From Ranitomeya imitator (lineage: Eukaryota), in assembly GCF_032444005.1 (NCBI RefSeq), contig NC_091283.1:21328001-21392000 (forward strand): DNA of 64,000 nt, given 5' to 3'. Each line of letters opens with the position of its first letter. Within the stretch, counting starts at the first letter, position 1. The position numbers were made by a program, and so were the translations under genes. Positions 11,833-64,000 of the stretch are shown here, one piece after another. Under the pieces are notes generated by a model, which was not told where the DNA came from, did no database searches, and was given only the letters and a program-made list of their open reading frames with translations.

Positions 11833-14498
11833 TATAGCGTGAGGTGATATTTCGGGTGTATTAGCAGTATATATAGTGTGAGGTGATATTTCGGGTGTAT
11901 TAGCAGTATATATAGTGTGAGGTGATATTTCGGGTGTATTAGCAGTATATATAGTGTGAGGTGAGATTTCGGGTGTATTACTGGTGTATATACTTACGGG
12001 TGATATTTCGGGTGTATTAGCAGTATATATAGTGTGAGGTGATATTTCGGGGTGTATTAGCAGTATATATAGTGTGAGGTGATATTTCGGGTGTATTAGC
12101 AGTATATATAGTGTGAGGTGAGATTTCGGGTGTATTACTGGTGTATATACTGACGGGTGATATTTCGGGTGTATTACTGGTGTATATACTTACGGGTGAG
12201 ATTTCGGGTGTATTACTGGTGTGTATACTTACGGGTGATATTTCGGGTGTATTACTGGTGTATATACTTATGGGTGAGATTTCGGGTGTATTACTGGTGT
12301 ATATACTTACGGGTGAGATTTCGTGTGTATACTTACGGGTGAGATTTCGGGTGTATTACTGGTGTGTATACTTACGGGTGATATTTCGGGTGTATTACTG
12401 GTGTGTATACTTATGGGTGATATTTCGGGTGTATTACTGGTGTGTATACTTACGGGTGATATTTCGGGTGTATTACTGGTGTGTATACTTACGGGTGATA
12501 TTTCGGGTGTATTACTGGTGTATATACTTACGGGTGAGATTTCGGGGTGTATTACTGGTGTATATACTTACGGGTGATATTTCGGGTGTATTACTGGTGT
12601 GTATACTTACGGGTGATATTTCGGGTGTATTACTGGTGTATATACTTACGGGTGATATTTCGGGTGTATTACTGGTGTATATACTTACGGGTGATATTTC
12701 GGGTGTATTACTGGTGTATATACTTACGGGTGATATTTCGGGTGTATTACTGGTGTATATACTTACGGGTGAGATTTCGGGTGTATTACTGGTGTATATA
12801 CTTACGGGTGATATTTCGGGTGTATTACTGGTGTATATACTTACGGGTGATATTTCGGGTGTATTACTGGTGTATATACTTACGGGTGAGATTTCGGGTG
12901 TATTACTGGTGTATATACTTACGGGTGAGATTTCGGGTGTATTACTGGTGTATATACTTACGGGTAATATTTCGGGTGTATTACTGGTGTATATACTTAC
13001 GGGTGATATTTCGGGTGTATTACTGGTGTGTATACTTACGGGTGATATTTCGGGTATATTACTGGTGTGTATACTTACGGGTGATATTTCGGGTGTATTA
13101 CTGGTGTATATACTTACGGGTGAGATTTCGGGTGTATTACTGGTGTATATACTTACGGGTGATATTTCGGGTGTATTACTGGTGTATATACTTACGGGTG
13201 ATATTTCGGGTGTATTACTGGTGTATATACTTACGGGTGATATTTCGGGTGTATTACTGGTGTATATACTTACGGGTGATATTTCGGGTGTATTACTGGT
13301 GTATATACTTACGGATGATATTTCGGGTGTATTACTGGTGTATATACTTACGGGTGATATTTCGGGTGTATTACTGGTGTATATACTTACGGGTGATATT
13401 TCGGGTGTATTACTGGTGTATATACTTACGGGTGATATTTCGGGTGTATTACTGGTGTATATACTTACGGGTGATATTTCGGGTGTATTACTGGTGTATA
13501 TACTTACGGGTGAGATTTCGGGTGTATTACTGGTGTATATACTTACGGGTGATATTTCGGGTGTATTACTGGTGTATATACTTACGGGTGAGATTTCGGG
13601 TGTATTACTGGTGTATATACTTACGGGTGATATTTCGGGTGTATTACTGGTGTATATACTTACGGGTGAGATTTCGGGTGTATTACTGGTGTATATACTT
13701 ACGGGTGATATTTCGGGTGTATTACTGGTGTATATACTTACGGGTGATATTTCGGGTGTATTACTGGTGTATATACTTACGGGTGATATTTCGGGTGTAT
13801 TACTGGTGTATATACTTACGGGTGAGATTTCGGGGTGTATTACTGGTGTATATACTTACGGGTGATATTTCGGGTGTATTACTGGTGTATATACTTACGG
13901 GTGAGATTTCGGGTGTATTACTGGTGTATATACTTACGGGTGATATTTCGGGTGTATTACTGGTGTATATACTTACGGGTGAGATTTCGGGTGTATTACT
14001 GGTGTGTATACTTACGGGTGATATTTCGGGTATATTACTGGTGTGTATACTTACGGGTGATATTTCGGGTGTATTACTGGTGTATATACTTACGGGTGAT
14101 ATTTCGGGTGTATTACTGGTGTATATACTTACGGGTGATATTTCGGGTGTATTACTGGTGTATATACTTACGGGTGATATTTCGGGTGTATTACTGGTGT
14201 ATATACTTACGGGTGAGATTTCGGGTGTATTACTGGTGTATATACTTACGGGTGAGATTTCGGGTGTATTACTGGTGTATATACTTACGGGTGATATTTC
14301 GGGTGTATTACTGGTGTGTATACTTACGGGTGATATTTCGGGTGTATTACTGGTGTATATACTTACGGGTGAGATTTCGGGTGTATTACTGGTGTATATA
14401 CTTACGGGTGATATTTCGGGTGTATTACTGGTGTATATACTTACGGGTGATATTTCGGGTGTATTACTGGTGTATATACTTACGGGTGAGATTTCGGG

Positions 14499-14854
14499 CG
14501 CAGTCCTGTCAGTGAAGTTCCCGCCATTCTCGCGCACGCAGTTCCCGCCCTTCAGATTCCTTAGGCCACGCCCGATCATTTGCATCAGACGCGCGCCCGC
14601 CTGTGGACACGCCTGCTTGATTTGCATGCGCGCCCTCGCCGCGGTCGCCAGGCTGGGGATCTCCTCGGTGACGTCACGGTGACGCTGCTCCCCGGTTTCC
14701 ATGCTGCACAGGTGACGGCGGCCGCCATATTGGCGGAGCCTGTGGCGGCTGCTGGGACCGGGAACAGGCGGCTCCGGAGGGGGGTATTCTCACCTCTCCG
14801 CTCCCCCTTTAGGAGCTGGCGGGGGGCGCGTGGACCGAGCCGCCCGGGAGGGGG
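14499..14854 (+). promoter_or_regulatory. CpG-rich promoter and 5' UTR of rps6ka6
   Basis: GC/CpG-rich unique sequence upstream of the ATG. ATTTGCAT at 14578 and 14620, GGCCACGCCC at about 14564, GTGACGTCAC at 14668-14677, GCCGCCATATTG at 14721-14732. TSS not determinable. Confidence 0.7.
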
Positions 14855-57483
<42,629 letters not shown>

Positions 57484-58906
57484 TAAGTGCTCCCTCTGCG
57501 CTGTGATTCCTAGAGGATCGGACACAAGACCTTTCTATGTTTTATTAATCTTGCTGAATCTGCATCTTATGTAGCAAATCCTCTCCACTATTTACAGCAG
57601 CTGCACAAATCTCTTGCTACAATGTATCAGTGCAGGTCAGAGCAGTCGGCCTCAAGTCCAGGTCAAAAGAAAATTGTCGCTTCTCTCGGTCGTGCTCTTA
57701 TAGATGATTGCCTGCTCTGATACATTGCAACAAACCTAATCACTCTGAGCTGAACATTCCTGTCTGACAGTCTTGTTGATATGGATACATTGTAACAATG
57801 ACACAAAGTTTTTGTTACCACTCCCTAGTTTCGTGTCTGTGTCCTATAAATGGTGGCAATGAGCCAAAGAAATCCTCAAGGTGTCAGGAATATAACTATT
57901 CTCATGGAATTCTCTCCATCAGTGCAATAAGCCGTCAATACACATTATTCATTAATTCCTGACGAAAGATGATAGGACTTGAATAACCGATAAAGTATGA
58001 GTGGACTAAAAAAGAATAGGATATAATCTCCGCGCTAACTACATGAAATGGAGGGTACAACAGACCTAAAAAATGCCAAAAAGAATAGGTATATACAAAA
58101 ATTATATATAGAAGGGAATAAGATATGATGTACCGTACTCACTTGTTATAGAATATTTGCCGAGTTGGGCAGCTATATGGGAGCTTTGATGCTTGAAAAA
58201 GGAGAGTATATGTACAATATGCTGGAAAATAATAAAATGATATTAATACCGTGACTATAAATTATATATAATGTGCTGAGGATAATGAGGGGTACTTACT
58301 GGCAGACAATGCTGCATGAGAAATTGAGTGAATCCTCAGTGTAAAGTGGGCATAGGCTAGATAGATGGCCAGTACACGGAGACTGGTTATAGTAGAGAAA
58401 TACACTGGAACAATGTATTGCGGAGCTACTGCCGTATATAAAAAGGAAATATTGAAAATATATAGCAGGGTAACAAATGCAGTGCCCCAGGGGACAATAA
58501 AATTGAGATGCACACTTACTAGTGAATATGCTCCAGCTGGATCCAGAGGCAACAGGATGGTGGTGCCGGAGTACGGAACTGTGGACAGCTAGCGATGGAA
58601 CAAGGTGCTAGTGCAGATAGCAGGTAGATGAAAAACCTCTGGAAGGAGGCACACTAGTGAGCAGGTGGGCTGGGCAGGACCCAATGATAGCGGCGATCCG
58701 GTGCCGAAGAGCAGAGCCGAGGCTGGCCGCCAATGGGTAAAGGTGCCACCACAGAGAGCGGCTAGGTGGGGAGCCGCTGAGAGCAGAATCGCGGTCGTGT
58801 CAGGCGCGCTCCGGCCGAGAGCAGCGCTGAGACGCAGCGCGAAGGGTGGGCGGGGCTAAGATGTGACGTCACAAAGTAGCTAGGACGGAGGCCCAGAAGG
58901 GATTTG

Positions 58907-58947
58907 ACCAACGCGTATCGAGAGGTGTCTCCTCTCTTCGTCAGGGT
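58907..58947 (-). ncRNA. Mirror copy of the hammerhead-like motif
   Basis: Exact reverse complement of 63684-63724. Confidence 0.6.
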
Positions 58948-59473
58948 TATCCCCATACCCAGCTGCCCACCTATATAAATACCTTTTGTTCTCAATAATT
59001 ACAGGCGGCCAATAGGTGCACAAATTTAATCTGAATCCATATGCCTCACAGTTGGAGACTGCATATATGCTCGATTAAAGAAAAGGACCGATGAATAATG
59101 TGGAATATTATAAGCAATAACAATATCGATATGGTGTTGAAATACGTGCAGATATGAGTCTGTGGGGCTATGCTAAAGTTTAAAAAAACATATATCCATA
59201 CTTACAATTTTATTAATATAAAAAAAAAAAAAAGGGAAAAATGGAAAAAGGGGGAAAATAAAAATACATATACGTGGTATATATATATGTAGTGGTGAGA
59301 AGAAAAATTACATTGCACACCTGAGTATAAAAAAAGTGTGCTGCTAAAATTCTAAAAAAAATTGAAAGTATAAAAACGAAATCCCCACAAAATATACGAT
59401 GAAAAAGTACTGGAGTGGAGAAGGCAAATAATTGCCTCTAGGTCCCCTAGTGCAGGGTTAATAAACTAAAAAT

Positions 59474-60563
59474 CTAAAAAGCATACAGCTCAATCTCTTG
59501 ATTGAGACCATTGGGGGCCATGCTGTCGAGAGTAAATATCCATTTGGACTCCACTCTGGACATAGCTTTGAGATAATCGCCCCCCCTAGGGTTCGGTGGA
59601 ACCACTTGTATGCCAGAAAAAATGATTCCCTGACAGGAACGGTTATGGTACTGAGAAAAATGCCGTGATAGTGGGTGTTTATCGTACCCTTTATTAATAT
59701 TATCTAAGTGTTCTTTGATTCTATCTTGCAATCGTCTTTTAGTTCTTCCTACATATATTTTATCACAAGGACATATTAGAATATAAATAACTCCCTTAGT
59801 GTGGCATGAAATGTTGGTTTTGATTTGATAATGATTTGATTTAAAGGTGTTAGTAAAGGAGGTATATAGTTTAATTTCTAATTTTGTACGCCTGCAACAA
59901 GAGCATAGACCACATGGCAGAAAACCGCCTTTCTTTGTTGGAGGTTGTTTGTTGATAGTAGTAGAAACTATTTTGGTTGTAGGGGCCAGTAAAAGGCCCA
60001 CATTTTGGGCCTTTTTGTATATGAATTTGGGGTGTGATGATAATAGGTCTCCAATACATTTGTCACCCTGCAATATCGGCCAATGTTTACGGATAATATT
60101 CTTAAATTTTCTATGCCCTACATGGAACTGGGTGATGATAGGAAGCTGGCTTATTTGTTCCTTGATGGTGAGAGGATTATCAATGACCTGGGTTTTGAAT
60201 AGTAAAGACTCTCTGGGCATAGCCTCCACCTCTAATTTGGCCTGAGTTAAGGACTGTGAATTGTACCCTTTTTCCTCGAATTGAGTGGTTAGATATGGAG
60301 TTTCTATGTGGTAATCCTCCATTTTGGTACAGTTTCTTCTTATCCTCATGTATTGACCCTTTGGAATATTTGTTAGCCATATAGGGAGATGACAGCTACT
60401 AGTATGGATGAAACTATTAGAGTCCACATCTTTATGGTATCCTTTTGTGATTAGTACATTATTCTCCACACAAATGGTTAAGTCTAGAAAGTTGATACTA
60501 GATTGACTGTATGAAGCTGTGAATTCTAGACCATAGTTGTTAGTATTAAGACCTGATATGAAG
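59474..60563 (-). pseudogene. Inverted partial copy of the Penelope ORF (RT C-terminus and GIY-YIG)
   Basis: Translation matches the C-terminal 331 aa of 61285-63147; 5'-truncated at 60563. Confidence 0.92.
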
Positions 60564-61284
60564 TTTTAAAACAGGCAAACTTACAACTTCACACAGTAGG
60601 ACTATAGCAGCCAACAACTACAAAAAAGCCCCATATAGAACTTCAGGTACTACCAGCACCACAGTGAGGAACATTCATCATAACACTAATAAGAAAATTA
60701 TAGGTTCTAAAATCCATGTACCCATCAACAAAAAAATTTTTCGGGTACAAACCGCAAAACCAAAAGAGGTAAGAGGGGGAGGGGGGCACTCTCCAAAAAG
60801 GAAGTAATATCCCAAGCAACGACCTCCAATAACCCACAAAAAAATTTCAATCTTAGTTCCCATCAACTGTCCCTCAACGAGCAACTCTTACTCCAAAAAG
60901 GTCTCAAATTTGCACCCACGGCTGCAGCCAAACCTTTTGATCTGTATATTAGTCTCAAAACATTTTTACGCAACCTAGCCCTAAAAAAATATTTTTTAAA
61001 AAAGGGTGAATCTCACCATAATACTATATACACAACCCAAAACCCTATATTATCTGAATACATTCGTACTGATCTCTCTCAACCATCCACTTTTAATCCT
61101 CTGAATGAGTATTCCAATTCATTTAGAGCTTTCGAAACACTAGTTACTGCAGATATCAAAAAAATGCGTTTTAATAGATCTAGTTACACACGAGAATCTG
61201 AGTTACGGAGAAAGAAACGCCATAATTAAACTTCAGGAGAATCACAACATTATCATCCGTCCGGCTGATAAGGGGGGTGCCATA

Positions 61285-63147
61285 GTGGTCCTTGACCACA
61301 GTATGTATCACAATGAGTCTATGAGACTACTAGGAGATCCAGTGACCTATAGAAAACTAACCTTTAACCCCACTGCCAATTACACCAAAAAACTCAATGT
61401 ATTGGCATCTAAAGGCAAATTTTCAGGTATTCTTACTCAGAATGAATTTCAGTTTATTAATAACAAAACACCCTCTACAGCCATGTTTTACCACATCCCA
61501 AAAATACACAAAGATCAATCAAATCCCCCCGGTAGACCAATCATTTCAGGTATAAATTGCCTCACAGCCAATTTATCACGTTACGTAGATACACACCTAC
61601 AGAAGTGTATGAAACTAATTCCCGCGTACCTCAAAGACACCACTCATGCCTTACAAATTCTTAACCAAGTCAAATGGAAAAATAACTTTATATTAGGGAC
61701 CTTAGATATCAAATCTCTCTATACAGTTATCGACCCTAAGCTAGGTTGTCAAGCTACAAACTTTTTTCTTCAAACATTGGGTAGCTACAAACCACCCCAG
61801 ATTCAGATCATTATCGACAGCATTGATTTCATCTTGAAACATAATTATTTCATGTATGAAAATCAGTATTTTTTGCAAATCCACGGGACCGCAATGGGTA
61901 CTCGCTTTGCGCCCAGTTTCGCAAATATTTATGTAGGCCAATGGGAGAGAGATCACATTTATAATAATAATCACCTTCGTACAGGCCTTAAATTATGGCG
62001 TCGGTTTATTGATGATGTCCTGTTTATCTGGGAAGGCACCATCATAGACCTGCAGGCCTTCATATCAGGTCTTAATACTAACAACTATGGTCTAGAATTC
62101 ACAGCTTCATACAGTCAATCTAGTATCAACTTTCTAGACTTAACCATTTGTGTGGAGAATAATGTACTAATCACAAAAGGATACCATAAAGATGTGGACT
62201 CTAATAGTTTCATCCATACTAGTAGCTGTCATCTCCCTATATGGCTAACAAATATTCCAAAGGGTCAATACATGAGGATAAGAAGAAACTGTACCAAAAT
62301 GGAGGATTACCACATAGAAACTCCATATCTAACCACTCAATTCGAGGAAAAAGGGTACAATTCACAGTCCTTAACTCAGGCCAAATTAGAGGTGGAGGCT
62401 ATGCCCAGAGAGTCTTTACTATTCAAAACCCAGGTCATTGATAATCCTCTCACCATCAAGGAACAAATAAGCCAGCTTCCTATCATCACCCAGTTCCATG
62501 TAGGGCATAGAAAATTTAAGAATATTATCCGTAAACATTGGCCGATATTGCAGGGTGACAAATGTATTGGAGACCTATTATCATCACACCCCAAATTCAT
62601 ATACAAAAAGGCCCAAAATGTGGGCCTTTTACTGGCCCCTACAACCAAAATAGTTTCTACTACTATCAACAAACAACCTCCAACCAAGAAAGGCGGTTTT
62701 CTGCCATGTGGTCTATGCTCTTGTTGCAGGCGTACAAAATTAGAAATTAAACTATATACCTCCTTTACTAACACCTTTAAATCAAATCATTATCAAATCA
62801 AAACCAACATTTCATGCCACACTAAGGGAGTTATTTATATTCTAATATGTCCTTGTGATAAAATATATGTAGGAAGAACTAAAAGACGATTGCAAGATAG
62901 AATCAAAGAACACTTAGATAATATTAATAAAGGGTACGATAAACACCCACTATCACGGCATTTTTCTCAGTACCATAACCGTTCCTGTCAGGGAATCATT
63001 TTTTCTGGCATACAAGTGGTTCCACCGAACCCTAGGGGGGGCGATTATCTCAAAGCTATGTCCAGAGTGGAGTCCAAATGGATATTTACTCTCGACAGCA
63101 TGGCCCCCAATGGTCTCAATCAAGAGATTGAGCTGTATGCTTTTTAG
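61285..63147 (+). CDS. Penelope RT and GIY-YIG endonuclease; true ORF extends upstream across a frameshift
   Basis: ADKGG (just upstream, in frame), GRPIISG, TLDIKSLYT, QIHGTAMGTRFAPSFANIY, RFIDD, FLDL, CGLCSCC linker, VIYILICPCDKIYVGRT..RIKEH. Confidence 0.93.
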   Translation: MVLDHSMYHNESMRLLGDPVTYRKLTFNPTANYTKKLNVLASKGKFSGILTQNEFQFINNKTPSTAMFYHIPKIHKDQSNPPGRPIISGINCLTANLSRYVDTHLQKCMKLIPAYLKDTTHALQILNQVKWKNNFILGTLDIKSLYTVIDPKLGCQATNFFLQTLGSYKPPQIQIIIDSIDFILKHNYFMYENQYFLQIHGTAMGTRFAPSFANIYVGQWERDHIYNNNHLRTGLKLWRRFIDDVLFIWEGTIIDLQAFISGLNTNNYGLEFTASYSQSSINFLDLTICVENNVLITKGYHKDVDSNSFIHTSSCHLPIWLTNIPKGQYMRIRRNCTKMEDYHIETPYLTTQFEEKGYNSQSLTQAKLEVEAMPRESLLFKTQVIDNPLTIKEQISQLPIITQFHVGHRKFKNIIRKHWPILQGDKCIGDLLSSHPKFIYKKAQNVGLLLAPTTKIVSTTINKQPPTKKGGFLPCGLCSCCRRTKLEIKLYTSFTNTFKSNHYQIKTNISCHTKGVIYILICPCDKIYVGRTKRRLQDRIKEHLDNINKGYDKHPLSRHFSQYHNRSCQGIIFSGIQVVPPNPRGGDYLKAMSRVESKWIFTLDSMAPNGLNQEIELYAF

Positions 63148-63683
63148 ATTTTTAGTTTATTAACCCTGCACTAGGGGACCTAGAGGCAATTATTTGCCTT
63201 CTCCACTCCAGTACTTTTTCATCGTATATTTTGTGGGGATTTCGTTTTTATACTTTCAATTTTTTTTAGAATTTTAGCAGCACACTTTTTTTATACTCAG
63301 GTGTGCAATGTAATTTTTCTTCTCACCACTACATATATATATACCACGTATATGTATTTTTATTTTCCCCCTTTTTCCATTTTTCCCTTTTTTTTTTATT
63401 TTTTTTTTTTTATATTAATAAAATTGTAAGTATGGATATATGTTTTTTTAAACTTTAGCATAGCCCCACAGACTCATATCTGCACGTATTTCAACACCAT
63501 ATCGATATTGTTATTGCTTATAATATTCCACATTATTCATCGGTCCTTTTCTTTAATCGAGCATATATGCAGTCTCCAACTGTGAGGCATATGGATTCAG
63601 ATTAAATTTGTGCACCTATTGGCCGCCTGTAATTATTGAGAACAAAAGGTATTTATATAGGTGGGCAGCTGGGTATGGGGATA

Positions 63684-63724
63684 ACCCTGACGAAGAGAGG
63701 AGACACCTCTCGATACGCGTTGGT
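63684..63724 (+). ncRNA. Minimal type-I hammerhead-ribozyme-like motif (variant core)
   Basis: ACC-CTGACGA-A-GAGAGG-AGACA-CCTCTC-GATAC-GC-GTT-GGT; perfect 6-bp stem II; GATA replaces GAAA. Confidence 0.6.
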
Positions 63725-64000
63725 CAAATCCCTTCTGGGCCTCCGTCCTAGCTACTTTGACGTCACATCTTAGCCCCGCCCACCCTTCGCGCTGCGTCTC
63801 AGCGCTGCTCTCGGCCGGAGCGCGCCTGACACGACCGATTCTGCTCTCAGCGGCTCCCCACCTAGCCGCTCTCTGTGGTGGCACCTTTACCCATTGGCGG
63901 CCAGCCTCGGCTCTGCTCTTCGGCACCGGATCGCCGCTATCATTGGGTCCTGCCCAGCCCACCTGCTCACTAGTGTGCCTCCTTCCAGAGGTTTTTCATC

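Larger units (their letters stand above)
7210..14498. repeat. 39-bp satellite (two unit types) with embedded insertions
   Basis: Type A GGGTGTATTACTGGTGTATATACTTACGGGTGATATTTC and type B GGGTGTATTAGCAGTATATATAGTGTGAGGTGATATTTC; array ends at 14498. Confidence 0.97.
58627..64000 (+). mobile_element. Penelope-like element (Neptune type) with an upstream inverted 3' duplicate; outer ends not determinable in this window
   Basis: 58627-60563 is the reverse complement of 62058-64000 (about 99% identical); unique spacer 60564-62057; RT and GIY-YIG ORF. Confidence 0.93.

Noticed and set aside
7210-14498. CRISPR-like regular repeats
   Set aside because: No unique spacers, no cas genes, eukaryotic context; the same applies to all other arrays.
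12141-14702. 574-711 aa ORFs with 13-aa periodicity
   Set aside because: Artefacts of the 39-bp satellite.
58627-62057. L1-style twin-priming inversion
   Set aside because: The inverted arm duplicates the 3' half rather than being the missing 5' segment.

Overview
Eukaryotic genomic DNA from a vertebrate, most likely a frog (inferred from T2/Kolobok-type, Harbinger and piggyBac MITEs, a V-SINE, L2 and a Neptune-type Penelope). One host gene is present: the 5' part of rps6ka6 (RSK4) on the + strand. It has a CpG-rich promoter at about 14.5-14.85 kb and ten coding exons (14855-57482, 851 nt) with canonical GT-AG sites and consistent phases. These encode the N-terminus and most of the N-terminal kinase domain, and the gene continues past the window. 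The rest is repeat-dominated. Upstream is a 39-bp satellite (1-148, 7210-14498) holding three independent insertions: a 7-kb TIR element with a 7-bp TSD (itself carrying minisatellites and a full-length, intron-containing hAT transposon), a nested pair of Harbinger-type MITEs, and a V-SINE. The introns contain several VNTRs (66, 111, 86 x3, 39, 20 bp), an L2 LINE with a 2A-like motif inserted in a T2-type MITE, a Tc1 remnant, a piggyBac-like element, a solo LTR, a Helitron-like element beside an assembly gap, and a young Penelope element with a >=1.9-kb inverted duplication and hammerhead-like motifs. Most long ORFs in the track are tandem-repeat artefacts. I see no clearly new biological system. 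The best leads are the 7-bp-TSD minisatellite carrier, the inverted Penelope, the hammerhead-like motifs and the 2A-like L2 motif.
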